Source: an uncultured Alphaproteobacteria bacterium | GTDB taxonomy: Bacteria > Pseudomonadota > Alphaproteobacteria > HIMB59 > GCA-002718135 | Assembly: GCA_902586695.1 (NCBI GenBank) | Contig: CACIIL010000002.1 | Coordinates: forward strand, 4,633-68,632 | Length of the DNA stretch: 64,000 bases | Direction: 5' to 3' | Part shown: piece after piece, positions 30,785 to 40,811 of the stretch | How the letters are laid out: the number at the start of each line of letters is the position of its first letter | Numbering within the stretch: the first letter of the stretch is position 1 | Notes under the pieces: generated by a model | Told to the model about the DNA's origin: nothing | The model's database searches: none | Seen by the model: the letters and a program-made list of their open reading frames with translations, nothing else | Translations under genes and position numbers: made by a program

Positions 30785-32284
30785 CTATCCCTGTGAATAT
30801 TTTACTAAACTATCTTCAGTTAATTCAGAACCAATTAATTCTTTAGTTATCTTCCCCTTAGCAAGTACTAAAACACGATCAGCAACAGCTAAAACTTCTT
30901 TTATCTCGGATGAAACAAAAATAATTGATAAGCCTTTATCGGCTAATTTTTTCATTATATAAAATATTTCTTGTTTAGCACCTATATCAACTCCTCTAGT
31001 AGGTTCGTCTAACATTAATAACTTTGGATTAGTTTCCAAAGCTTTAGCAATTACAACTTTTTGCTGATTACCCCCACTTAATGAAGTAATGAGATTATCA
31101 AAGTTTGATACCTTAATGCCTAAATAATCTATAGCATTATTAACTGCCTTTTTTTCTTGATTTGATTTTAAGAAAAAATCACTAATTTTTTTTGAAATTT
31201 TGGATAATAAAGTATTAGATAAAACAGATAAGCACTGCACTAACCCTTGGCCTTGTCGATCCTCAGGAACAAGTACAATCCCATTACTTATTCTTTTAGA
31301 AATTGAAGTTTGCTTTAATTTATTATTTTCCAAATATATCGATCCGTCAAAATCTTTATTTAATCCCATTATTATTTCTAATAATTCAGTTCTTCCACTT
31401 CCCATAAGACCATAAAAGCTAAGTATTTCACCAGATTTTGAATCAAATGAAATATCATCAAGAAGATATTCTTCTGACTTTGATTTTTTTAAATATAATG
31501 ATTTAGCTTCAAGTATTTTATTTCCTATATTTGATTTAGCAACATTAACTGATTCAAAACTTCTTTTTCCAACCATTTGTTCTGTAATCCAGGGTATATC
31601 TATTTTACTTATTTTTTCTTCACATATAAATTTGCTATCTCGTAAAACTGTAATAACATCACCGATTTGCATTATTTCTTCTAATTTATGAGAAATATAA
31701 ATTATTGTTACTCCTTGATTTGTTAATTCTTTTATAACATCAAACAATACTAAAACTTCATTTTTGCTTAAAGCGGAACTCGGTTCATCCATTATCAATA
31801 TTTGTGTTTTCTTTTGTAAAGCTTTGGCTATTTCAACAATTTGTTGCTGTCCGATCCTAAGACTCTCTAAGAGACTCTCTGGGTTAATATCTTGTTTTAA
31901 TCTTAACATTAATTCCTTTGTTAAATTAATCTGTTTTTTTGTATTTATTGTCTTCTGTGCATTAAGTATTTCATGAGCTATAAAAATATTTTCATGAACA
32001 CTTAAGTTAGGGAAAAAATTTAATTCTTGATGAATGATTCCTATTGAGTTTTGTTCTGCATCTTTAGTAGAATTAATTTTTAAAATTTTATCATTAAGAA
32101 ATAGTTCTCCTGAAGTTTGTTTTTCTACACCTGATAAAATTTTCATCAAGGTAGATTTACCAGCACCATTTTCACCTACTAAAACATTAACTTTTGCTTC
32201 ATATATATTAAAATTAACGTTATCTAATGCAGTAACACCTGGATAAGTTTTGTTAATATTTTTTGCTTCAAGTATTTTTTTCAT
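30785..32284 (-). CDS. Sugar ABC transporter ATP-binding protein (two NBDs, RbsA-like)
   Basis: GENGAGKST, MDEP, ISHK, PEDR, LSGGNQQKV, LDEPTRGVDIGAK. Confidence 0.95.
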   Translation of the reverse strand: MKKILEAKNINKTYPGVTALDNVNFNIYEAKVNVLVGENGAGKSTLMKILSGVEKQTSGELFLNDKILKINSTKDAEQNSIGIIHQELNFFPNLSVHENIFIAHEILNAQKTINTKKQINLTKELMLRLKQDINPESLLESLRIGQQQIVEIAKALQKKTQILIMDEPSSALSKNEVLVLFDVIKELTNQGVTIIYISHKLEEIMQIGDVITVLRDSKFICEEKISKIDIPWITEQMVGKRSFESVNVAKSNIGNKILEAKSLYLKKSKSEEYLLDDISFDSKSGEILSFYGLMGSGRTELLEIIMGLNKDFDGSIYLENNKLKQTSISKRISNGIVLVPEDRQGQGLVQCLSVLSNTLLSKISKKISDFFLKSNQEKKAVNNAIDYLGIKVSNFDNLITSLSGGNQQKVVIAKALETNPKLLMLDEPTRGVDIGAKQEIFYIMKKLADKGLSIIFVSSEIKEVLAVADRVLVLAKGKITKELIGSELTEDSLVKYSQG

Positions 32285-32287
32285 ATC

Positions 32288-32941
32288 TTAATTTAAAAAT
32301 TCTATTTTAGTTGGAGTAATATAAATCTTGTCTTTTCTATCAAAAGTAATTGCTCCTTCAAAGTTTATATTTTTTCCAGTAATTTCTTTTAATTTTAACG
32401 GACCTATAATTTCATTTAATACCCTGACCTTAATTATTCTTGAAACATCAGCAAAATCTAATTGATTAACAAAATCATTAAATTTAATAAATTTTACAGC
32501 ATCTCTAATAGAGTCTTTTTTAATAACTGGGCCTAGAGTAATAAAGATTTCAGAATCATATTTTTTTTCTAATTTTATAGAAAGAGTACCGACTCTTGAT
32601 GCTGTGTTTAATGAAGTTATTTCGGCTTTTCCTTTTACCATAAAACTATAACTTCCTGTGCCAGATCTACCTCCATACTTTTCTTCTGTTACTTCTTTAT
32701 TTTTAAATAATTCATCTAATATAAATGTTATATCTTCAGCTTCTTCACTAATTGTTGGAATTATTTTTGATTTCCATATATTTTCAACATATGCCTTTGC
32801 ATCAAATCCTTTTTTAATTAATTCATCCTCTTCAACGGTTCTGATAACTGATGCATAAAAAAATGAATATAAAATAAAAATTAAAATAACTAAAAAAGAA
32901 GAAAGTTTGAATATATTATTTGATATAAAGTTATTTAACAT
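32288..32941 (-). CDS. DUF2291 family periplasmic/membrane-anchored protein
   Basis: N-terminal TM, F.AK.YV..IW, YG, GPVI....IRDA..FI.F.DF.NQL.FA; lies directly upstream of the ABC ATPase. Confidence 0.85.
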   Translation of the reverse strand: MLNNFISNNIFKLSSFLVILIFILYSFFYASVIRTVEEDELIKKGFDAKAYVENIWKSKIIPTISEEAEDITFILDELFKNKEVTEEKYGGRSGTGSYSFMVKGKAEITSLNTASRVGTLSIKLEKKYDSEIFITLGPVIKKDSIRDAVKFIKFNDFVNQLDFADVSRIIKVRVLNEIIGPLKLKEITGKNINFEGAITFDRKDKIYITPTKIEFLN

Positions 32942-33026
32942 TTTTATAATTGTATTAAGTGATTTTTTGTATGTTTTTAAATTAACTATTTAAGTTATAA
33001 AAAACAACAAGAAATATTAAAATTTA

Positions 33027-35387
33027 TTACTCACCATAAGGAATCCATATATTTTTAACTTGAGATCCCTCATGAAGAAATTCATTAAGAAAATCTTTAG
33101 AATTATTTGACCAATCTATATTATTATTTTTTGGGCACCAATATCTTTTTAGATTGAATACTGTGCCATGTATAATAGAAGATCTAACCGTTACATTGCT
33201 TGAAAAAGCCCATATTCCGTGAATATTTTCATGCTGTGTGAGTGTTTCATTAAGCTCATTTTCTTTTGCTGTTAAGATATTAATTGATCCAGCAGGAATG
33301 TCAGATGTTTCAAAAACTTGATATAAAGATGTGGCAATTAAAGAAGTTTTTTCTGAAGGAACAATAATACTTGCATTCCCATTTGCAAAAAGAGAAGAAA
33401 TTATGGTTGATAGACTAAGAAGTGGTTGATTTTCACTCATAATACTTGCTACTACACCAATTGATTCTTTTACTGCTAGAGTTAATCCTCTCATTGGAGG
33501 GTTGTGAATACTTCCTTCAAACTTGTCAGCCATAGAAGCATAATAAAAAATTCTTTCACAAGATTGATCAAATTCTTTTAGTGCTTGATTTTTATCAATG
33601 CCTGAAATGCTCATTAATAAATTAATAAATGTTTCTTTTCGCTGTGATAGATTTTCAGCTAAATAAAATAAAATTTGAGACCTATTAAAATTATTCAAAC
33701 TACCTATTTTTGATTTTAATGCTGCTTCTACAGTGTCTCTGACATCTTTTCTATTGGCTCTTGCTATATCACAAATAAATTCTTTTTGAGCTGTTAACTG
33801 ATTAAAAGAATAACCGCTATCAGGTCTTTTTTGTTTACCACCAACATATAATTTAGGAGTTGCATCTATTGAAGGAAGATCAACTTTATTTTTAATTATT
33901 TTTTTTGAAATTTTACTTGCTTCTGGAAGAGTATTATCTTGATAAGCTCTTATTCCTTCAACTCCACCTTCTCTTCCAAAGCCACTTTCTTTATAGCCTC
34001 CAAATCCACATGCAGCATCAAATAAATTTGTTGAATTAACCCATATAACACCTGCTTTTATTTTAGGAGCAATATCAAGTGCAAGATTAATATTTTCCGA
34101 CCATACGCTTGCTGCTAAACCATAGGGTGTATTGTTTGCTATGGAAACAGCTTCACTTGGTGTTCTAAAACTAAGTATTGATAAAACAGGTCCAAAAATC
34201 TCAACTTGTGCAATAAAAGAAGATGGGGAAACATTTGTAAAAATAGAAGGAGGATAAAATAATCCATCTGTGGGACAAGCCCAGCTAGGTTGCCATAATT
34301 TTGATCCTTCTTTCTCTCCTTTTTTTACTATAGATCGTATTTTTCTTAATTGTATGGGGGCGACAATAGCTCCAATATCAATTGATTTATCAAGTGGATT
34401 ACCAACGCGCAGTTTTTCCATACGTGCTTTTAATTTTTTTATAAATATTTTTTCTACACTTTCTTGAACCAACAAGCGTGAACCTGCACAACACACTTGA
34501 CCTTGGTTAAACCAAATAGCATCAACTACTCCTTCAACAGCACTATCAAGATCAGCATCTTCAAAAACTATAAAAGGCGATTTACCACCTAACTCCATTG
34601 TTAATTTTTTTTCTTGGCTAGCAGTTGATTGAATTATTTTTTTTCCAACTTCTGTTGATCCAGTAAAAGCAATTTTTGTTGTATACTCATGAGAAGTAAT
34701 AAGTTCACCTGTACTACCATCACCTGTAATAATATTAATTACTCCTTTTGGTATTCTTGCCTTTTGACATAATTCAGCAAAATAAAGAGCAGTTAAAGAA
34801 GTAAATTCAGCTGGTTTTAAGACAACAGTATTCCCAGCCGCAATTGCGGGTGCAATTTTCCATGCCAACATTAACAAAGGAAAATTCCAAGGAATAATCT
34901 GTCCTATAACCCCAATAGGTTTACTTATTTTTGTATCAATTTTTTTTGCCCAACCGGCATGATAATAAAAATGCCTTGCTACTAAAGGAATATCTATATC
35001 TCTTGTCTCCCTAATTGGCTTTCCATTATCAATAGTTTCCAAAACTGATAAAAAACGTGAATGCTTTTGAATCAATCTAGCTAAAGCATACAAATATTTT
35101 GCTCTAGTATCTGATGATGTTTTAGACCAAATATTATAAGCTTTTTTTGCTGCACCTACTGCAGCATTAACATCAGCTTTATTAGATATAGATAAAGATG
35201 TTAATTTTTTATTCGTTGCAGGATTTATAACATCTAATTTCTTAGATGATTTAGATTTTGTCCATATTCCATTAATGAATAAATGATTAGGATTTTTAAG
35301 AGAGTTAATCCAAGACATTACATCTTTACTGTCTTCTGGAGCAGGACCATAAGATATATTTTTAAAATTTTGTATAATTTTACTCAT
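33027..35387 (-). CDS. Two-domain aldehyde dehydrogenase (ALDH16-like)
   Basis: 786 aa; YGPAPE start, IIPWNFP, FTGSTEVG, MELGGKSP, NQGQVCCAG (catalytic Cys), EIFGPV, then a degenerate second ALDH domain ending KNIWIPYGE. Confidence 0.9.
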   Translation of the reverse strand: MSKIIQNFKNISYGPAPEDSKDVMSWINSLKNPNHLFINGIWTKSKSSKKLDVINPATNKKLTSLSISNKADVNAAVGAAKKAYNIWSKTSSDTRAKYLYALARLIQKHSRFLSVLETIDNGKPIRETRDIDIPLVARHFYYHAGWAKKIDTKISKPIGVIGQIIPWNFPLLMLAWKIAPAIAAGNTVVLKPAEFTSLTALYFAELCQKARIPKGVINIITGDGSTGELITSHEYTTKIAFTGSTEVGKKIIQSTASQEKKLTMELGGKSPFIVFEDADLDSAVEGVVDAIWFNQGQVCCAGSRLLVQESVEKIFIKKLKARMEKLRVGNPLDKSIDIGAIVAPIQLRKIRSIVKKGEKEGSKLWQPSWACPTDGLFYPPSIFTNVSPSSFIAQVEIFGPVLSILSFRTPSEAVSIANNTPYGLAASVWSENINLALDIAPKIKAGVIWVNSTNLFDAACGFGGYKESGFGREGGVEGIRAYQDNTLPEASKISKKIIKNKVDLPSIDATPKLYVGGKQKRPDSGYSFNQLTAQKEFICDIARANRKDVRDTVEAALKSKIGSLNNFNRSQILFYLAENLSQRKETFINLLMSISGIDKNQALKEFDQSCERIFYYASMADKFEGSIHNPPMRGLTLAVKESIGVVASIMSENQPLLSLSTIISSLFANGNASIIVPSEKTSLIATSLYQVFETSDIPAGSINILTAKENELNETLTQHENIHGIWAFSSNVTVRSSIIHGTVFNLKRYWCPKNNNIDWSNNSKDFLNEFLHEGSQVKNIWIPYGE

Positions 35388-36313
35388 TATCCTATCGCTA
35401 ATTTTTCTTTATTTGCATATCTACCTAAAGCAAAGTGATAGAGTTGTCTCTCAATATCAATAAGAAGACTAGAAGCACCAATTCGTAAATATTTAGGATT
35501 TATCCAATCATGACCAAGTTCTTCCATAACAAGAATTAAAAATTCAATTACTGTTTTAGCAGTAGAAATTCCCCCAGCTGGTTTAAAGCCAATTTTTTTT
35601 CCTGTAATTTGATAAAAATTTCTTATCATGCGAAGCATTACAAGACTATTATTTAAATTAGCATTGATAGATTCTTTTCCTGTAGAAGTTTTAATAAAAT
35701 CTGCTCCTGCCATCATACAAACCATAGAAGCTTTAGCAACATTTCTTAAAGTTTCAAGATCACCAACTCCTAATATTGCTTTGATATGTTTTTTATTTGC
35801 AGCTTTTTTAAAATCTCTTACTTCTTCATAAAGTTTCTTCCAATTATTTTGTAAAACAAAACCTCTGTTGATAACAATATCAATTTCATCAGCTCCATTT
35901 TTAATAGACTCTGTTATTTCAAGTTTTCTAGTTTTAAAAGATGATAAACCAGCAGGAAAGCCAGTTGATACTGCTGCAACAGGAATATTATTTGGAAGAT
36001 TTTTTTTAGCCTCTTTAATTAAATGATGATAGACGCATACTGCACCTACTTGAATATCTCCTTGTTTTATATTTAGTAATTCATGTAAATCAATAGAGAT
36101 TGGTCGTTTTGCTTTTTCACACAAACGCTCAACTTTTCCAGCGGTATCATCTCCACTTAATGTTGTTAAATCAATTAAAGAAATAGCTTTTAATAGCCAT
36201 GCTGCTTGATACTCTTTTTTAACAGAACGTCTTTTTGTTAAAGTAGAAGTTCTTCTTTCAATAGCACTAAGATTAATGCGAATATTACTTACTAAATCAG
36301 TATCTAAATTCAT
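35387..36313 (-). CDS. deoC: Deoxyribose-phosphate aldolase (long type)
   Basis: IDLTTL.GDDT, AVCVY, AAVSTGFPAG, GADEIDIV, GADFIKTSTGKE, GFKPAGG, RIGASSLL. Confidence 0.95.
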   Translation of the reverse strand: MNLDTDLVSNIRINLSAIERRTSTLTKRRSVKKEYQAAWLLKAISLIDLTTLSGDDTAGKVERLCEKAKRPISIDLHELLNIKQGDIQVGAVCVYHHLIKEAKKNLPNNIPVAAVSTGFPAGLSSFKTRKLEITESIKNGADEIDIVINRGFVLQNNWKKLYEEVRDFKKAANKKHIKAILGVGDLETLRNVAKASMVCMMAGADFIKTSTGKESINANLNNSLVMLRMIRNFYQITGKKIGFKPAGGISTAKTVIEFLILVMEELGHDWINPKYLRIGASSLLIDIERQLYHFALGRYANKEKLAIG

Positions 36314-36317
36314 TTAT

Positions 36318-37301
36318 TTAATTAATATTTTCTATCGTTAATGGTCTTGACATTAATTTATTAATTTCGTCTTCTATATCAAATCCATTATAGAGAATAT
36401 TAAAAACAGACTCTAGAATTGGCATTTCTATGTCATTTTCTGAGGCAATTTTTATGGCTGCTTTAGTGGTATAATATCCCTCAGTAATGGCGTTTTTATC
36501 TAGCTCTTTCTCAAAATTTTTGTGTTTTATATTTGCTATTTTGATACCAAAATTAGTATTTCTAGACTTTAAAGAGTTACAAGTTAACATTAAATCACCC
36601 AAACCTGATAAGCCAAAAATAGTTTCTTTTTTTGATTTAAAAAACATCGCAAATCTTGATATTTCAACAAAAGAACGGGTAATAAGAGCGCTTCTTGCAT
36701 TTTCACCTAAATTTAAACCATCTGAAATACCTGCTGCAATAGCGTATATATTTTTAAGTGCCCCACCTATTTGGCAACCTATTACATCTTCAGAATAGTA
36801 AATACGAAATTTTTTTCCAGTTAACATCATAGAAATTTTTTTGAAAATTTGTGGGTTTGATGAAGCAAAAGTTGCAGCAGTTGGCAAATCTTTAGCTACT
36901 TCATCTGAAAAACAAGGACCAGATAAAATACTTAAGGATTTTGGTTTAACCAGAGATTCTACTAACTCAGATAAAAATAAAGATGATGAAATTTCTATAC
37001 CTTTTGAAGCTATAATAATATCAGCTTTTAGATTATTAAAACATGATTTTTCTAAAACTTCACGAATATTTTGACTGGGAAGAGCAACAAAAATTAAATT
37101 ATTTTTTACAATTTTTTCCAAATTATCAGTTGCTTGAACATTATCATTAAATACTGCATATTTTAATTTAGGATTGAAATGATGTTCATTAATTGAATTC
37201 ATCACATTTTTATCCCTAGTGTAAATCAAAACTTTTTGATCACTAAATAATTTAGCTAAAGCACTGCCCCAAACTCCTCCACCTATTATCCCAATTGTCA
37301 T
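36318..37301 (-). CDS. gpsA: NAD(P)H-dependent glycerol-3-phosphate dehydrogenase
   Basis: GGGVWGSALA, SKGIE, LSGP.F..EV, GGALKN.YAIA.G, GLSGLGDL.LTC....SRN. Confidence 0.95.
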   Translation of the reverse strand: MTIGIIGGGVWGSALAKLFSDQKVLIYTRDKNVMNSINEHHFNPKLKYAVFNDNVQATDNLEKIVKNNLIFVALPSQNIREVLEKSCFNNLKADIIIASKGIEISSSLFLSELVESLVKPKSLSILSGPCFSDEVAKDLPTAATFASSNPQIFKKISMMLTGKKFRIYYSEDVIGCQIGGALKNIYAIAAGISDGLNLGENARSALITRSFVEISRFAMFFKSKKETIFGLSGLGDLMLTCNSLKSRNTNFGIKIANIKHKNFEKELDKNAITEGYYTTKAAIKIASENDIEMPILESVFNILYNGFDIEDEINKLMSRPLTIENIN

Positions 37302-38414
37302 TTATATTCTTTTCTCAACATATTTAGCAATAGCTAGAGAGGAAGTTAATCCGGGTGATTCAATTCCATACAAATTAATTAAATTTTTTATTTTATGATC
37401 ATCGGAAGTACTAATTGTAAAATCACGTTTTGATTTATCCTCTTTACTTGTCATAGGTCTAAGCCCTGCATAAGAAGGAAATAACATATCTTCTTTTATA
37501 TCAGGTAAATATTGTTTTATAGAGTTATAAAATTTAGTTTTTAATCCTTCATTTACAGAATAATCATAAGGATCATCTACCCACTCTGCATCTGGACCAA
37601 ATTTAATAGAATTATCAATTTCTAAAGTTAAGTGAATACCTAGACTTATATTTTCTGGTACTGGATAAATCAAATGATTTATAGGTAATTTTTTATTTAA
37701 AGAAAAATAATTTCCTTTTGCTAAATATGTAACAGGAACATATTTTTTTTGAAGACCATCAATGTTGTTTGCAATATCTGAGGCAAATATACCTGCGGCA
37801 TTAATTAGATAATCACAGATAATAATAGTTTTATTATTTTTATTATCATGAACTTCAATTGCAAATTTATTATTTTCAATCAATATTTTTGTTACAATTG
37901 AATTATATGATATCATACCTCCATTATTTTCAAACTCACCAAGATAGGATTGCATCAAACTATGTTGATCAATTATTCCAGTAGAAGGAACTAAGAGACC
38001 TCCTACATTTTTTATTAATGGTTCTAATATCTTGATTTGATTTTGATTTAATATTTCTAAATTTTCAACACCATTAGATTTGGCTTGATCCTTAATTTTG
38101 AATATTTTTTCCATTTGTGCATCATTAATTGCAACAATAATTTTTTTAGTATTAATATGAGGAATGCCAAATTTTTTCGCATATGCATAAATAAGTTGAT
38201 TGCCTTCAACGCAAAACTTAGATTTTAAAGTATTAGATTTATAATATATCCCCGCATGAATAACTCCAGAATTTCTAGAACTAGTAATTTGGCCAATTTT
38301 TCCCTCTTTTTCTAAAATAATGATTTCTTTATTTTGATAGCTAATATTTTTAGCAATTGCTAAACCTACCGCTCCAGCCCCAATAACTACCGTATTTGTG
38401 TGAAATTTTTCCAT
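37302..38414 (-). CDS. FAD-dependent oxidoreductase, L-2-hydroxyglutarate oxidase (LhgO)-like
   Basis: VIGAGAVG, TSSRNSGVIHAG.YY, KGNYF, LIYP.P, LGIH.T, FGPD, GIESPGLTSS. Confidence 0.85.
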   Translation of the reverse strand: MEKFHTNTVVIGAGAVGLAIAKNISYQNKEIIILEKEGKIGQITSSRNSGVIHAGIYYKSNTLKSKFCVEGNQLIYAYAKKFGIPHINTKKIIVAINDAQMEKIFKIKDQAKSNGVENLEILNQNQIKILEPLIKNVGGLLVPSTGIIDQHSLMQSYLGEFENNGGMISYNSIVTKILIENNKFAIEVHDNKNNKTIIICDYLINAAGIFASDIANNIDGLQKKYVPVTYLAKGNYFSLNKKLPINHLIYPVPENISLGIHLTLEIDNSIKFGPDAEWVDDPYDYSVNEGLKTKFYNSIKQYLPDIKEDMLFPSYAGLRPMTSKEDKSKRDFTISTSDDHKIKNLINLYGIESPGLTSSLAIAKYVEKRI

Positions 38415-38518
38415 TTTTTAGTATTTTTAGATAATTTATCTATTTCATTATCATTGATTTCTGTACCTTGGAATTGATTTGATCTATATAAAAAAAATTA
38501 TAATTTCTCGGAGGAAAT

Positions 38519-39700
38519 ATGAAAAAATTACTTATTGCGGCTATTATCAGTTTGTCGTCAGTTTCGACTGCTGCTTTAGCTGAAATTAAAGTTGGTATTA
38601 TTCTTGGTTTTACTGGACCAATCGAATCTTTAACTCCTGCTATGAGAGATGGCGCTAAATTGGCGTTTTTAGAAGCGTCTAATTCTGGAAATCTTTTAGG
38701 TGGAGAATCTTTTACTATTATGGAAGCTGATTCAACTTGTGTTGACTCTGCTGCTGCGACGGCTGCTGCAGAACAACTAGTTGCTGATGGTGTAGCGGCT
38801 ATAATGGGTGCTGACTGTTCTGGTGTAACTGGAGCTATTAATGCGAACGTTGCTGTACCAAATGGAGTGCTAATGGTATCTCCTTCTGCAACTTCACCTG
38901 GTTTAAGTAAAATTGCTGATAACGGAACGTTCTGGAGAACGGCTCCTTCTGATGCAATGGGTGGTAAAGTTTTAGCTAATCTTGCTCTTAAAAGAGGTAT
39001 TGAAAGTATTGCTGTAACTTACACAAACAATGACTATGGTAAAGGTTTAGCCGAAGTATTTGAAGCTGCTTTTGCTTCAGGCGGTGGAACTATTACTGCT
39101 TCTGCTTCACATGAAGACGGAAAAGCAGATTATTCATCAGAAGTAGGTGTATTAGCATCTGCTGGTGGTGACGCTCTACTAGTTATTGGTTATATTGATG
39201 ATGGTGGAAAAGGTATGATCGAAGCATCTCTTGATTCTGGTGCTTTTGATACTTTTGTTCTATCGGATGGTATGATTGGTCAATCAATTGTTGATAATAT
39301 CGGTGCTGATCTTGAAGGTTCATTTGGCTCTATGCCAGGTGCAATCTCAAAAGGCTCAGCTAAATTTGCTGACCTTGCAGCTGCTAATGGCATGGATGGA
39401 AGTGCACCTTACGTAGGAGAGTCTTATGATGCTGCTGCGATTATTGCCCTTGCAATTCAAGCGGGCGGTTCAGCTGATAGAAAATCTATCTTAAGTAATA
39501 TTAGTAAAGTATCAAATGCACCTGGAATTATTATTAATCCAGGTCAACTATCTTACGGTCTGCAAATGTTAGCAGAAGGTAAAGATATTGATTATCAAGG
39601 TGCAACTGATGTTGAATTTAACGCTTTTGGTGATGCAGCCGGTGCATTTAAGGAACTTGAAGTTTCTGGTGGTGGCTTTGTAACAGTAGGTGCGTTATAA
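38519..39700 (+). CDS. ABC transporter substrate-binding protein, branched-chain amino acid (LivJ/K) family
   Basis: GGAGG RBS, signal peptide, GFTGPIES, GADCSG, SPSATSP, RTAPSD, NNDYGKG, SYDAA. Confidence 0.9.
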   Translation: MKKLLIAAIISLSSVSTAALAEIKVGIILGFTGPIESLTPAMRDGAKLAFLEASNSGNLLGGESFTIMEADSTCVDSAAATAAAEQLVADGVAAIMGADCSGVTGAINANVAVPNGVLMVSPSATSPGLSKIADNGTFWRTAPSDAMGGKVLANLALKRGIESIAVTYTNNDYGKGLAEVFEAAFASGGGTITASASHEDGKADYSSEVGVLASAGGDALLVIGYIDDGGKGMIEASLDSGAFDTFVLSDGMIGQSIVDNIGADLEGSFGSMPGAISKGSAKFADLAAANGMDGSAPYVGESYDAAAIIALAIQAGGSADRKSILSNISKVSNAPGIIINPGQLSYGLQMLAEGKDIDYQGATDVEFNAFGDAAGAFKELEVSGGGFVTVGAL

Positions 39701-39728
39701 TATTTTTTACTTAATAATTTAATTTTAG

Positions 39729-39757
39729 AAACCCAGCTTATCAAGCTGGGTTTTTTT
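39729..39757 (+). terminator. Rho-independent terminator after the Liv-type binding protein
   Basis: AAACCCAGCTT-atc-AAGCTGGGTTTTTTT. Confidence 0.88.
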
Positions 39758-39778
39758 GTTTATAAATTAAAATAAAAT

Positions 39779-40810
39779 ATGAAAATTGAAATAAAAAATA
39801 ATAATAATTATTCTAATAAAAAAATATCCAACTTCCTTAAAGAAGCATATAAAGAAAGATGTTTTGAAATTTATAAAGTTTGGAATTGGCTTTATAAAAC
39901 TGACTTAAACAAAGAAACTTCACTAATTGCTATTAAAGATCAAAATATTGTTGCGCATGCTGGCTTAATACCTTCATTTATAAATTTAAATGGAAGAAGA
40001 AAAAAAGCAGGTTGGTTTGTTGATTTTATAGTTGATAAAAACTTGCAAAAACAAGGTATTGGAAAGTTGTTAACCAATGAATGGTTAAACATAGGATATA
40101 TTGGTCTAACTTTTTGTAATCATAAGTCATACAGAGTTTTTAAAAAATTTGGTTGGGTTGCAAATTATAACTTTAATTTACATTATTTTTTATTAAGACC
40201 TTTAAATCATCAAAGAATATATAGAAAATTAAGATATTTAAAATTTATATTAGATATACTAAATAAAATATACAATTCTTTATTTATAATTTTTATTAAA
40301 ATGAAAATTAAAGATAATGATAATATTAAAATTGAAAAATTAAGTAAGTTTAATATTTCTAATTTTCTATCTGACAGTTTAACTTTTAATAAAGTTAATA
40401 CTTTAAGAAGTTATGATTATTTAAAATGGAGATTTTTAGAATCTCCTGAAGCTAATAAATATATTCACATCAGCTATAAAAACAAATATTATGCAATTGT
40501 AAAAAAAAGAACTGAAAAGAAATTTAATAATTATTTAGATCTATTAATTATAAATAAAATAGATAAACATTCTGATTTTATTCAATTTTTATTAAAAATA
40601 ATTCTTTGGTCAAGTAATAATAATCTTTCATATGTTAAAATGATTATACCAAATATTAGTATATCGAATTATATTAAAAAAAATATTTTTACGATTATTA
40701 CTAAACCAAGATTTGCTTTTTTTTCAAATCAAGAGAATGAAATTGAAGAATTAAAAAATTCAAATTTTGATTTTCAATTATTTGATACTGATTTTGAATT
40801 CACAGATTAA
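39779..40810 (+). CDS. GNAT-family N-acyltransferase-like protein
   Basis: WNWLY, IVAH.G.IP, WFVDF.V....QKQGIG acetyl-CoA motif A, RS.DYL.WRF..SP; extremely AT-rich. Confidence 0.7.
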   Translation: MKIEIKNNNNYSNKKISNFLKEAYKERCFEIYKVWNWLYKTDLNKETSLIAIKDQNIVAHAGLIPSFINLNGRRKKAGWFVDFIVDKNLQKQGIGKLLTNEWLNIGYIGLTFCNHKSYRVFKKFGWVANYNFNLHYFLLRPLNHQRIYRKLRYLKFILDILNKIYNSLFIIFIKMKIKDNDNIKIEKLSKFNISNFLSDSLTFNKVNTLRSYDYLKWRFLESPEANKYIHISYKNKYYAIVKKRTEKKFNNYLDLLIINKIDKHSDFIQFLLKIILWSSNNNLSYVKMIIPNISISNYIKKNIFTIITKPRFAFFSNQENEIEELKNSNFDFQLFDTDFEFTD

Positions 40811-40811
40811 A

